This document shows positions 29,376 to 39,182 of a stretch of DNA of 64,000 nt, piece after piece. The stretch's first letter is position 1. Each line of letters begins with the position of its first letter. The DNA comes from Bacilli bacterium. Lineage in GTDB: Bacteria > Bacillota_I > Bacilli_A > RF39 > UBA660. The notes beneath the pieces are model-generated. The model was not told where the DNA came from. It saw nothing but the letters and a program-made list of their open reading frames with translations, and did no database searches. The stretch lies in contig JAFQQQ010000005.1 in assembly GCA_017410525.1 (NCBI GenBank), positions 81,105-145,104 of the forward strand, read 5' to 3'. A program made the position numbers and the translations under genes.

Positions 29376-30680
29376 CTATTTTCTATCTATGTTTGCAAGT
29401 GAACTGTTTTTATAATTTACATCATCAGTTACTTCTTTAATCACTTTTAATTTGTCTGGGAATGTTATTTCTTGATTTTCGTTATTTAATTCAATTTCAA
29501 CAATTGCTTTATCATTCCAAAATGGATAAATATCAATTTCAAAATATTGATTTTTATAAATTAGACAATATCTAGTCTTTCTTATCTGTTGTTTTGTTAT
29601 ATCAGCATTCATAAGTAAACTTAAGTATTCATCTTTAGATAATCTTTTTTCTATTTCTATTCTTTTTAAATTGTTAATATTTTTCTTTATAGTTTTAGTA
29701 TAGATATAATTTCCATCTATACCTCTTTGTCTTACTCTAATTTCTTCATCGTTATTAGAGTTTAAATAAGTTTGAATAATTTGTAATTTTTTACAATTTT
29801 TATTTAGCCAATTTATATCAGGGTATTCAATTAAGAACTTTCTTTCTATTTCATATGGTTCTGGTTCTCCTAAGAATAGAGAGATCTCTTTTATTAGTTT
29901 TTTCATTTTATTATCAAAGTTAGTTGAATTATCTATTACCCTAAAATGTGGATGTCCGTTCCAAACATTTATTAATTTATCATCTGATAAAATGGCTTCT
30001 TTCACTGTTTCTGATCTAGCAGAATTATTTTCTGTTGTGTAGAACTCTTCTGCGCCTTTAGCGGCTGTTACTAAGTGAAATACAGCATCGTAGTTATCTC
30101 TAAGTTCTATTTCGTTTTTGTTTAATTCATTTAATATTGTTGAAAATTCTAAGTTTGAGAGATAGGCTTTACTATCCATAATACCTCGATCACAAAAAAT
30201 TAGTATTTTTTTATTTTTGCTAGTTTTAGCAGCTTCTTCATAAATACCTTCTCTTTCAAGTTGAAGTTTCATAAGTGCGGTTTGAAAGTCAACAACGCTA
30301 TTACAAGTAATACCGGATATACCCGCGGTTATTAGTTCAGTTGCGCATTCGGGAACAAATATTACATGATAACCTAAATCAGTAAATGCATTTTGTATCC
30401 AACTCATTGCAGTAGTTTTACCTGCGCATGGACCACCAGTTATTACTATTTTAATAATTTCTTTTTTTTGCTCAGTTTTCAATTGTAATAATTTTTCGAT
30501 AGGAACATTAAATAAAATAGATATTTTTTTTAATGTATCCGTATTAGGTTTTGCTTTTCCATTTTCCCACTTTGATATTGCTTTATTAGTAACTCCTAAC
30601 TTGATTGCTAATTCACTTTGAGTTAATTTAGATTTAGTTCTTAACTCACATAATAAGTTGCCAAAATCATAATCATTCAT
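29376..30680 (-). CDS. Three-domain protein: XRE-type HTH + P-loop NTPase (NadR/RNK-like, AAA_28-type) + C-terminal CYTH triphosphate-tunnel domain
   Basis: 434 aa. N-terminal LTQSELAIKLGVTNKAISKWENGK is an HTH_3 domain. Walker A VITGGPCAGKTT follows. The C-terminal EIERKFLIEYP… is the CYTH ExExK signature. Confidence 0.75.
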   Translation of the reverse strand: MNDYDFGNLLCELRTKSKLTQSELAIKLGVTNKAISKWENGKAKPNTDTLKKISILFNVPIEKLLQLKTEQKKEIIKIVITGGPCAGKTTAMSWIQNAFTDLGYHVIFVPECATELITAGISGITCNSVVDFQTALMKLQLEREGIYEEAAKTSKNKKILIFCDRGIMDSKAYLSNLEFSTILNELNKNEIELRDNYDAVFHLVTAAKGAEEFYTTENNSARSETVKEAILSDDKLINVWNGHPHFRVIDNSTNFDNKMKKLIKEISLFLGEPEPYEIERKFLIEYPDINWLNKNCKKLQIIQTYLNSNNDEEIRVRQRGIDGNYIYTKTIKKNINNLKRIEIEKRLSKDEYLSLLMNADITKQQIRKTRYCLIYKNQYFEIDIYPFWNDKAIVEIELNNENQEITFPDKLKVIKEVTDDVNYKNSSLANIDRK

Positions 30681-30891
30681 AGAGATCCCGCCTTCAACAA
30701 TATTATATAAAAATATTATTTATAGTTCAATAAAAAGAAGTCGAAAGTAGGTAGAAATAAAAATGTAAATAAACTAAATTATAAATATATAATAATTTAC
30801 AACACTAAATATAAATGTTATAATTGTAATGACAACTACTAAACACCAATTTAGGCAAAATACATAATATATAGTAGTTTTGGAGGTATAA

Positions 30892-32145
30892 ATGAAACAG
30901 ATAATAATACAAGGCGGGAATAAATTAAGTGGAACAATAAAAATAAGTGGGGCAAAAAACAGTGCAGTTGCTTTAATACCAGCATCTATTTTAGCAGACG
31001 ATGTAGTTAAAATTGATAATGTTCCAAATATTTCAGATATAGAAGCACTCAATGAAATCTTAGAGTTTTTAGGTGCTAAAGTTTCTATAGAAGATGGATT
31101 AATGACTATTAATCCAAAATCTATAAAAAATAAAGATATACCAAAAGAAGTATCAAGTAAATTAAGAGCTTCATATTATTTTATGTCTGCTTTGCTAGGT
31201 AAATATAAACAAGTTCAAATGTATTTTCCAGGCGGATGTAAGATAGGGGCTAGACCTATAGATCAAACTTTAAAAGGTTTTAAAGCCCTTGGAGCGACTG
31301 TAGAAGAAAAAGATAATAAGTTTAAAATAACTGCAGAAGAACTTGTTGGTGGTCACGTATATTTAGATATGCCTAGTGTAGGAGCAACTATCAATACTAT
31401 GTTAGTAGCAGTTAAAGCAAAGGGAACAACAATAATAGAGAATGCTGCTAAAGAACCAGAAATAGTAAATGTTGCTACATTTTTAAATAATATGGGAGCT
31501 AAAATAACTGGAGCAGGAACAAGTGAAATAAGAATAAAAGGTGTGGAATCTTTAAAAGGTTGTTTCACAGAAGTTATTCCAGATAGAATAGAAACAGGGA
31601 CTTATATAATAGCAGGTGCTCTTTTAGGGGAAAATTTAAAAATAGATAATATAATTCCAGAACATGTAGAATCTCTAACTCTAAAATTAAAAGAAATGGG
31701 AGTAGATATAAAAATTGGAAATAATTATGCTATAGTTAATAGTTGTAAGGATTTAAAACATGTTGACTTAAGAACTCTAGGTTATCCAGGATTCCCAACA
31801 GATTTACAACAACCAGTAACTACTCTTTTAACACAATGTAGAGGTTTATCTATCTTAGAGGAAACAATATATGAAAATAGATTTCAAAATGTGCCATATT
31901 TAAATAAAATGGGGGCTAATATAAAAATAGTAGGTAAAAAAATTAGAATAAAAGGGCCTACTAAATTAAAAGGTAAAAAAGTAGTAGCAACAGATCTTAG
32001 AGCAGGTGCTTGCTTAGTTCTTGCTGGGCTTGCTGCTCAAGGTAAAACTACTATAACAAATATAGAACACGTACTTCGTGGCTATGAAAATATAATAGAA
32101 AAATTAACAAATGTAGGTGCTAAAATATCACTTGAAGAAATATAA
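30892..32145 (+). CDS. murA: UDP-N-acetylglucosamine 1-carboxyvinyltransferase
   Basis: 417 aa with the EPSP-synthase-like fold and a catalytic Cys context (…GGCKIGARPID…). Confidence 0.95.
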   Translation: MKQIIIQGGNKLSGTIKISGAKNSAVALIPASILADDVVKIDNVPNISDIEALNEILEFLGAKVSIEDGLMTINPKSIKNKDIPKEVSSKLRASYYFMSALLGKYKQVQMYFPGGCKIGARPIDQTLKGFKALGATVEEKDNKFKITAEELVGGHVYLDMPSVGATINTMLVAVKAKGTTIIENAAKEPEIVNVATFLNNMGAKITGAGTSEIRIKGVESLKGCFTEVIPDRIETGTYIIAGALLGENLKIDNIIPEHVESLTLKLKEMGVDIKIGNNYAIVNSCKDLKHVDLRTLGYPGFPTDLQQPVTTLLTQCRGLSILEETIYENRFQNVPYLNKMGANIKIVGKKIRIKGPTKLKGKKVVATDLRAGACLVLAGLAAQGKTTITNIEHVLRGYENIIEKLTNVGAKISLEEI

Positions 32146-32180
32146 TTAAAGTAGCTTATGCTACTTTTTTAGGTGATAAA

Positions 32181-32840
32181 ATGAAAAAAATAATATTTAC
32201 TGTTTTAGTTTTTTTAATTACATTCTTAATATATTTTTTTAATAGAAGTGAAAAAATATACTACTTATCTTTAGGAGATTATTTATCTTATGGTATAAAT
32301 AATTTTAATACAGTTAATAATAGTTATAGTAATAATATAAAAGAACACTATAAAGAAAATTTAGATAATTATGTTAATTATTCTACTTATGATGATTATA
32401 GAGTAATGGATTTAATAAATGATATAAATTATAATAAAGTAGTTGAGTATGATAAAAAAGAATATAAACTTCAAAACGTATTAATAAAGGCTAATTTAAT
32501 AACTATATCTATAGGTATGAATGATTTAATATATAAAAGTAAGTTTGAAACTAATTTATATGAATATACAGATGATTTAATAAATGATATAGAAAAACTT
32601 TTGGGACTTGTTAGAAAATATAATAAAGATGCTATATATTTGTTAGGTTTTTATAATGTAATAAATAATGATAGTTTAATTGATTATGCTAATAAAAGAT
32701 TAGAAATTATTTGCAAAAAAAATAAAATAAAGTTTGTAAATATAGAAGAATTAACTAACTATATAGTTAGTGGAGTATATCCTACAAATGATGGATATAA
32801 ATATATAACAAATAAGATATTAGAATTTACAAAAAAGTAA
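32181..32840 (+). CDS. Putative SGNH/GDSL-like hydrolase family protein
   Basis: 219 aa with an N-terminal TM/signal and the GDSL-like block YLSLGDYLSYG. Confidence 0.4.
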   Translation: MKKIIFTVLVFLITFLIYFFNRSEKIYYLSLGDYLSYGINNFNTVNNSYSNNIKEHYKENLDNYVNYSTYDDYRVMDLINDINYNKVVEYDKKEYKLQNVLIKANLITISIGMNDLIYKSKFETNLYEYTDDLINDIEKLLGLVRKYNKDAIYLLGFYNVINNDSLIDYANKRLEIICKKNKIKFVNIEELTNYIVSGVYPTNDGYKYITNKILEFTKK

Positions 32841-32858
32841 AAATATTATATAATTAAT

Positions 32859-33518
32859 ATGGGTGATATAATGATAGAGAGTAATAAATTATTTTCAAAA
32901 GTGTTTATGTGGATGTTTGTAGGACTCGCTATAACATTTGGTATTGGATACTATGTATCAGTAAATCCAAATATGTTATTTAATATATTTGGTAGTTATT
33001 ATTGGCTTTTAATAATAGCTGAATTTGTTGTGGTTATATGGTTAAGTGCTAGAATAAGAAAGATGCCACCTACAACAGCAAAACTTTTATTCTGTGCATA
33101 TTCTTTTCTAACAGGTCTCACTTTTTCATCTATATTTGTTATATATGAAATAACTTCAATAATATATGTATTTGGAATAACTGCTGTATTATTCTTAATA
33201 TTTGCTTTAATTGGTTATTTTACAAAAATAGATTTAACTAAAATAGGTATATATCTATTTATGGCGTTACTTGGAGTTATTATTTGCAGTATTATAAATA
33301 TGTTTGTAGGTAGTGAAACTTTTAATCTTGGAATTACAATTGTTTGTTTAATAGTATTTATAATATATATTGCTTATGATATACAAGTAATTAAAAGAAA
33401 CCTATATTTAATTCCAGAAGAAGATAATTTAGCAATTTATGGAGCGCTTCAATTATATTTAGACTTCATCAATATCTTCTTAAGATTGATTCAATTATTT
33501 GGAAGAGCTAGGGATTAG
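32859..33518 (+). CDS. Integral membrane protein, Bax-inhibitor-1/YccA-like (7 TM)
   Basis: 219 aa with seven hydrophobic segments; size and topology fit the BI-1 family. Confidence 0.45.
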   Translation: MGDIMIESNKLFSKVFMWMFVGLAITFGIGYYVSVNPNMLFNIFGSYYWLLIIAEFVVVIWLSARIRKMPPTTAKLLFCAYSFLTGLTFSSIFVIYEITSIIYVFGITAVLFLIFALIGYFTKIDLTKIGIYLFMALLGVIICSIINMFVGSETFNLGITIVCLIVFIIYIAYDIQVIKRNLYLIPEEDNLAIYGALQLYLDFINIFLRLIQLFGRARD

Positions 33519-33562
33519 TAGTAAAGTGCTACTTTTCTTTTAATATTTATTATAAAAACACT

Positions 33563-33591
33563 TGCAAAATCTAAAAATATTTGATAAACTA
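33563..33591 (+). promoter_or_regulatory. Putative promoter of rpmE (TTGCAA-17-TAAACT) followed by an ATGACT-TGAATT-AGTCAT leader hairpin
   Basis: Spacing and hexamers seen directly. The hairpin at 33612-33629 abuts the RBS GGAGGAG. Confidence 0.4.
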
Positions 33592-33647
33592 TGTGAGTAA
33601 TGAAATTTCTATGACTTGAATTAGTCATGGCGGGAGGAGAGTTAAGT

Positions 33648-33866
33648 ATGAAAAAATCAATTCATCCAGAATACCAAGAAACTAAAGTAACTTGTGCTTG
33701 TGGAAATACTTTCACAGTTAATTCTAATAAAGAAGAGTTACACTTAGAAGTTTGTAATGAATGTCATCCATTCTACAAAGGTGGAAAAGATGCAGGTATG
33801 GTTTCTAAAACTGGACGTGTAGAAAAATTCAATCGTAAGTATGGATTTAATCAAGAAGCTAAATAA
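33648..33866 (+). CDS. rpmE: 50S ribosomal protein L31 (Zn-ribbon type)
   Basis: MKKSIHPEYQETKVTCACGNTF…CNECHPFYKG. Start taken at the ATG at 33648, downstream of the GGAGGAG RBS; the ORF track starts 21 nt earlier. Confidence 0.9.
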   Translation: MKKSIHPEYQETKVTCACGNTFTVNSNKEELHLEVCNECHPFYKGGKDAGMVSKTGRVEKFNRKYGFNQEAK

Positions 33867-33924
33867 TGCTTCTTTTTTGTATATTAATCTAAAATTTTGA
33901 AATACTAATATTGGTGATTAGTAT

Positions 33925-34647
33925 ATGAATATAGATTTTAAAGAGTTGTTGGATGTAACTATAAGAGCAATCTCATCTTTAGTAACTTTATTTCTAGTAA
34001 CTAAAATGTTAGGTAAAAAACAAGTATCTCAGTTATCTTTGTTTGATTATGTAATAGGCATATCAATTGGTAACTTTGCTGCTGAAATGACAATTAATCT
34101 TGAATCAAAAGAAATAAATGGAATTTGGGCTGTAGTTTTATTTGGACTTTTTGCTTATCTCATTTCTTATTTAACAATGAAGAGTATCGTACTTAGAAGA
34201 TTTTTTATGGGCACTCCTACAATACTAATACAGGATGGTAAAATACTTGAAAATAATTTAAAGAAAATGAAATTTGATATAAATGATATGTTAGAAGAAA
34301 TTAGGAGTGCGGGATACTTTGATTTATCACAAGTAGAGTATGCGATACTAGAAGCAAATGGAGAAGTTAGTATTTTGCCTAAAGCAGAATATAGACCTTT
34401 AACACCTAAAGATATGAAAGTAAAAGTAGATAAAGAAGGTCTTTGTTGTAACTTGATAATAGATGGAAAAATAATGCACAATAACTTAAAAAACATAAAC
34501 AAAAATGAAAAATGGTTAGATAAAGCTCTAAAAGTTAAAGGATATGGTGATATTTCAAAAATCTTACTTGCGACCGTTGATATTAATGAAAAAATAGTCG
34601 TGTATGAAAGAAATTTAAATGACAATCCTAAAGATGTATTAGAATAA
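33925..34647 (+). CDS. DUF421 (YetF-like) membrane protein
   Basis: 240 aa with the YetF-type N-terminus (…KMLGKKQVSQLSLFDYVIGISIGNFAA…) and a C-terminal DUF421 region. Confidence 0.7.
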   Translation: MNIDFKELLDVTIRAISSLVTLFLVTKMLGKKQVSQLSLFDYVIGISIGNFAAEMTINLESKEINGIWAVVLFGLFAYLISYLTMKSIVLRRFFMGTPTILIQDGKILENNLKKMKFDINDMLEEIRSAGYFDLSQVEYAILEANGEVSILPKAEYRPLTPKDMKVKVDKEGLCCNLIIDGKIMHNNLKNINKNEKWLDKALKVKGYGDISKILLATVDINEKIVVYERNLNDNPKDVLE

Positions 34648-34735
34648 TGTGTAAAGAAATGTAAAAAAACACAAAATAAAAAGAATATTTGTGACATTTG
34701 ATTTTGTTTTTGATATAGTATAATTGGGTGGTACT

Positions 34736-35182
34736 ATGAAAAGACATTTTTGCGCATCTGCTTTTGTTGTTGATCCATATACAAAAAAAATATTGCTAAT
34801 TAAGCATAAAAAAAATGGTAGATGGACTCAACCTGGAGGACATATTGAAGATGATGAAACTCCAGAAGAAGCAGCACTTAGAGAAGTATATGAAGAAACA
34901 GGACTTCATGTTAGGTTGTTGGGGGAAAAATTTCCTAGAGAAGAAGATTTTATTAGACCTTTAGGTATACAAAAAAATAGAAGAACAATGTCAGATGGAG
35001 AGATGCATATGCATGTAGACATAATATATGCTGCTGTCCCAAATGATGATAGTAAAGAGCAATTAAATAAAGATGAAAGTGATGATATTGCATGGTTTTC
35101 AAGAGAAGAATTAGAAGATATAAATTGCTTTCCTGATATAAAGATAACTATGGATTATATTTTAAAAAATATAATAAAATAA
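34736..35182 (+). CDS. NUDIX hydrolase
   Basis: Nudix box [24 protein letters not shown]. Confidence 0.85.
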   Translation: MKRHFCASAFVVDPYTKKILLIKHKKNGRWTQPGGHIEDDETPEEAALREVYEETGLHVRLLGEKFPREEDFIRPLGIQKNRRTMSDGEMHMHVDIIYAAVPNDDSKEQLNKDESDDIAWFSREELEDINCFPDIKITMDYILKNIIK

Positions 35183-35186
35183 GAGA

Positions 35187-35837
35187 TTACCTGAATCTCT
35201 TTTTTATTTGTTTCTTTATTTCTTTATTCACTTCTTTTTTAACTTTATTTCTTGATTTAGTGCTAGCTGCACACATAATAATAGCAATTCCTGCAAATAT
35301 TATAATCTTTTTATAGTTCTTCTTTTCAACAATCTCAACATCTTTTTCTTGTTGTTTGTTTTCTGATTCTTCATTAGACCATATACCAAGTTTATTATTT
35401 TCGGCATCTTGTTCTACTTCTTCTAATTCATCGGTATATTTATAATTTCCATAAAGATAAGCAACACTCGCATAACCTTTACTTACTAATTTTTTTTGAA
35501 GTAATTCTCCATCGACAAACACCCATACTAAGTGCCTATTATATTTATCTAGTTTATCAGAATCTTCATCATACTCTAATTCAATTGCCTCAGCGTTTCT
35601 AATTTTATTGCAAGTATACTCACTAGCTTCCTTTCCATATGGTTCCTCTTCTTTATTAGGGTGAACTGTTTCGGGAGTATCAATAGCTAGAAATCTAGCG
35701 GTTATTTCTTCTTTCTTATAAATAAATTTTGCGGTGTCCCCATCAACACACTCGCTAAATTTTACTTCTATAGTTTTAGCAGATATGTCAATTAATCCAA
35801 TAAAAAGAAAAATGAGTGTTAAAAACAATTTTTTCAT
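35187..35837 (-). CDS. Secreted/membrane-anchored thermonuclease (SNase-like)
   Basis: 216 aa with a signal peptide, the SNase motif …DGDTAKF…ARFLAIDTPE… and a C-terminal hydrophobic anchor. Confidence 0.75.
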   Translation of the reverse strand: MKKLFLTLIFLFIGLIDISAKTIEVKFSECVDGDTAKFIYKKEEITARFLAIDTPETVHPNKEEEPYGKEASEYTCNKIRNAEAIELEYDEDSDKLDKYNRHLVWVFVDGELLQKKLVSKGYASVAYLYGNYKYTDELEEVEQDAENNKLGIWSNEESENKQQEKDVEIVEKKNYKKIIIFAGIAIIMCAASTKSRNKVKKEVNKEIKKQIKKRFR

Positions 35838-35941
35838 GCTATCACCTATAACAATTATATAATAAAAAATAAAAATAAATAATTTGCATTTTTATGATTA
35901 TGTGTTATAATGATAAGCGTGTTTCAAAGGAAGTGTATAAT

Positions 35942-37756
35942 ATGAATAAAAGAAATATAGCAATCATTGCTCACGTAGACCATGGCAAAACTACTCTTGT
36001 AGACAAACTTTTACAAGCGAGTGGCACATTTAGAGATAATGAAGAAGTACAAGAAAGAGTAATGGATTCTAATGATATAGAAAAAGAAAGAGGAATAACA
36101 ATACTTGCTAAAACAACAGCAATCAATTATAAAGATTATAGAATTAACATTCTAGATACTCCAGGACACGCTGACTTTGGTGGAGAAGTAGAAAGAATAG
36201 TTAATATGGTTGATGGTGTATTGCTTGTTGTTGATGCTTATGAAGGAACAATGCCTCAAACTAGATTTGTTCTTAAAAAAGCGCTAGATGCAGGTGTTAA
36301 ACCAATAGTAGTAGTAAATAAAATAGATAAAGAGTCTGCTAGACCTAAAGAAGTAATAGATGAAGTAATGGATTTATTTATAGAATTAGGTGCTGATATA
36401 GATGATTTAGATTTTCCAATTGTTTATGTATCTGCTATTAATGGGACTTCAAGTTTTAACGATGATTTAAGTACGCAGGAACCTGATATGACAAAAATAC
36501 TTGATATGATTATAGAAAATATTCCTGCCCCTAAAAATGAAGAAGGTTCATTACAATTCCAACCTGCACTTTTAGATTATAATGATTTCGTAGGTAGAAT
36601 TGGTATAGGACTTGTTAAAAGAGGGAATATTAAAGTTAATCAAATGGTTTCTTGCTGCAGAACGGATGGAACCGTTAAACAATTTAGAATAGCTAAAATG
36701 TATGGTTTCTTAGGACTTAAGAGGGTAGAAATAACTGAAGCATTTGCTGGAGATATAATTGCTATAGCTGGACTTCCTGATATTTCAGTAGGAGAAACAG
36801 TATGTGAAATAGGATTTGAAGATCCGCTACCATTACTTAGAATAGATGAACCAACACTTCAAATGACATTTGGAGTTAATACTTCGCCATTCTGTGGTAG
36901 AGAAGGTAAAATAGTTACTGCTAGAAAAATAGAAGAAAGATTATCAAAAGAAACAGAAAGGGATGTATCTTTAAAAGTTGCACCTGTTCCAAATGACGGA
37001 GAATCGTTTATAGTATCTGGTCGTGGTGAGTTACATCTTTCAATTCTTATAGAAAATATGAGAAGAGAAGGATTTGAACTTCAAGTATCTAAACCGGCTA
37101 TAATAAGAAAAGAAATAGATGGTATTATGTGTGAACCTTTTGAAGATGTTCAAATAGATGTTCCAGAAGAGTTTGTAGGTTCAGTAATAGAAGCTTTAGG
37201 CAATAGAGAAGGTGTTATGGAAAATATGACAAGTAGTGAAAATCAAGTAAAACTTCACTATACAGTTCCAACTAGAGGTTTAATTGGCTTTTCAACTGAG
37301 TTTATGACTATGACTAAAGGATATGGTATATTAAATCACACTTTTAAAGAATATAGAAAAGAAGCGGGCTCTACTGTGGGAGCCAGAAAAAATGGTGTTT
37401 TAGTTTCTATGGAAAATGGAAAAGCTACAGCTTATTCATTAGGAAATCTTGAAGATAGAGGTGTTATGTTTATTGAACCTGGTACAGAAGTTTACGAAGG
37501 TATGATAGTTGGTGAAAATAATCATGACAATGACCTTGCTGTAAACGTAGTAAAAGGTAAAAACTTAACAAATACGCGTTCATCTAGTAAAGACCACACA
37601 GTAGTATTAAAAAGACCAAGAACTATGAGTCTAGAAATATGTTTAGATTATATAAATGATGATGAACTTGTAGAAGTAACTCCTGTAAGTTATAGAATGA
37701 GAAAGAAAATATTAAATACAGAAATGAGAAAAAAACAAGATGCTAAAAAGATGTAG
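35942..37756 (+). CDS. typA: Translational GTPase TypA/BipA
   Basis: [22 protein letters not shown]-domain with EF-G-like domains. Start taken at the ATG at 35942, which has a plausible RBS. Confidence 0.9.
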   Translation: MNKRNIAIIAHVDHGKTTLVDKLLQASGTFRDNEEVQERVMDSNDIEKERGITILAKTTAINYKDYRINILDTPGHADFGGEVERIVNMVDGVLLVVDAYEGTMPQTRFVLKKALDAGVKPIVVVNKIDKESARPKEVIDEVMDLFIELGADIDDLDFPIVYVSAINGTSSFNDDLSTQEPDMTKILDMIIENIPAPKNEEGSLQFQPALLDYNDFVGRIGIGLVKRGNIKVNQMVSCCRTDGTVKQFRIAKMYGFLGLKRVEITEAFAGDIIAIAGLPDISVGETVCEIGFEDPLPLLRIDEPTLQMTFGVNTSPFCGREGKIVTARKIEERLSKETERDVSLKVAPVPNDGESFIVSGRGELHLSILIENMRREGFELQVSKPAIIRKEIDGIMCEPFEDVQIDVPEEFVGSVIEALGNREGVMENMTSSENQVKLHYTVPTRGLIGFSTEFMTMTKGYGILNHTFKEYRKEAGSTVGARKNGVLVSMENGKATAYSLGNLEDRGVMFIEPGTEVYEGMIVGENNHDNDLAVNVVKGKNLTNTRSSSKDHTVVLKRPRTMSLEICLDYINDDELVEVTPVSYRMRKKILNTEMRKKQDAKKM

Positions 37757-37796
37757 AATTAACTACATCTTTTTCTAGATAAAAAGATAGCAAGAA

Positions 37797-38060
37797 TTAT
37801 TTCTTGCTATCTTTCATTACATCTCTATCAAAGAAATCTCTTATATCACATTCAAGAACTAAAGCAATATCTTCTAATGTATCTATTGAAATTGTTTGGT
37901 GAGTAATTGATTCTAATTTTGCGATAAAACTATCACTTAAATATAACGCTTCAGCAAGTTCTCTTTGTTTAAGACCTTTTCTTTTTCGATATTTTTTAAT
38001 GTTTTTACCAATGACATTATATATATCAGATTGCTTTTTTTCTGCCATATCTATCACCAA
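37797..38060 (-). CDS. XRE-family HTH transcriptional regulator (small)
   Basis: 87 aa with the HTH …KGLKQRELAEALYLSDSFIAKLE…. Confidence 0.7.
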   Translation of the reverse strand: MVIDMAEKKQSDIYNVIGKNIKKYRKRKGLKQRELAEALYLSDSFIAKLESITHQTISIDTLEDIALVLECDIRDFFDRDVMKDSKK

Positions 38061-38105
38061 CTTAATTTTCTCATATATTATCGTTTTATTTTATAGATAA
38101 ATAAT

Positions 38106-39071
38106 CTATATATTTAATAGTTTTGTAATAATTTCTTTAAAACATATGCCTTCATTATTTATAAGCTTAGGATACATACTTATTTTGGTAAATCCTGGCA
38201 TTGTATTGATTTCATTAAAATATAACTTTTTATTATCTAAATCATAAAGAAAATCAACTCTACTTAAGCTATTACATCCTAATATATTAAATATTTTTTT
38301 AGAATAATTTTTGATATCATTTTTTATATTTTGATCAATATTAGAAATAAGTGTATTGCTTTCACTAATATATTTAGCATTATAATCATACCAATTGCCA
38401 TTATTTATTATTTCACCAACATCAGAAATTATAAGTTTTTTATTATCTTCCAATATTGCGCATTCTAGTTCTCTATTATTTTTTATATACTTTTCAATTA
38501 AAATATTTTTGTCATACTTTTTAGCAATCTTTAAATATTTTCTTAATTCTTTTTTATTATTAGCTATATTTATGCCTATAGAAGAACCACATTTGCAAGG
38601 CTTAATAATAACAGGATATTCTACTATATCTAAATTAAGATTATCATTATAAATTATATAAGGAACTTGTGGAATAGAGTATTTTTCTAAAAATATTTTA
38701 GTTAACAGCTTATCGTAACAAATAATACTGCTATAAGAATTACACCCTACATATTTTATGTCATATAATTCGAATAAACTTTGTAATTTACCATCTTCAC
38801 CTGTGTTACCATGAATTATAGGTAAAACTACATCAAAATCTTTACAATATTCAATTATATTATCAACTTTTGTTAAATTGTTTTTCCCCCAATTTTTATT
38901 TATTTTGTCTATATTATTTATTTCATACCACTCATTATTATAATCGATTCCTACTAATTTATAATTAAACTTGCTAGTATCAATATTATCAATTATAAAG
39001 TTAACTGATTTACATGATATCTCGTGTTCATAAGAGTTTCCACCAAATAAAATTAAAATTTTTTTCAACAT
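38106..39071 (-). CDS. ddl: D-alanine--D-alanine ligase
   Basis: ATP-grasp. The N-terminus MLKKILILFGGNSYEHEIS taken from the ATG at 39071 matches Ddl; the ORF track began at an upstream TTG. Confidence 0.85.
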   Translation of the reverse strand: MLKKILILFGGNSYEHEISCKSVNFIIDNIDTSKFNYKLVGIDYNNEWYEINNIDKINKNWGKNNLTKVDNIIEYCKDFDVVLPIIHGNTGEDGKLQSLFELYDIKYVGCNSYSSIICYDKLLTKIFLEKYSIPQVPYIIYNDNLNLDIVEYPVIIKPCKCGSSIGINIANNKKELRKYLKIAKKYDKNILIEKYIKNNRELECAILEDNKKLIISDVGEIINNGNWYDYNAKYISESNTLISNIDQNIKNDIKNYSKKIFNILGCNSLSRVDFLYDLDNKKLYFNEINTMPGFTKISMYPKLINNEGICFKEIITKLLNI

Positions 39072-39182
39072 ACCACCCAATAAATTTTATGAAAATAAAT
39101 TTTAAAATATAATTGAAAATAATAATATTGAAAATAATAATGTAATATGCTATGATATAATAGACTAAGGAGGAATACATAA

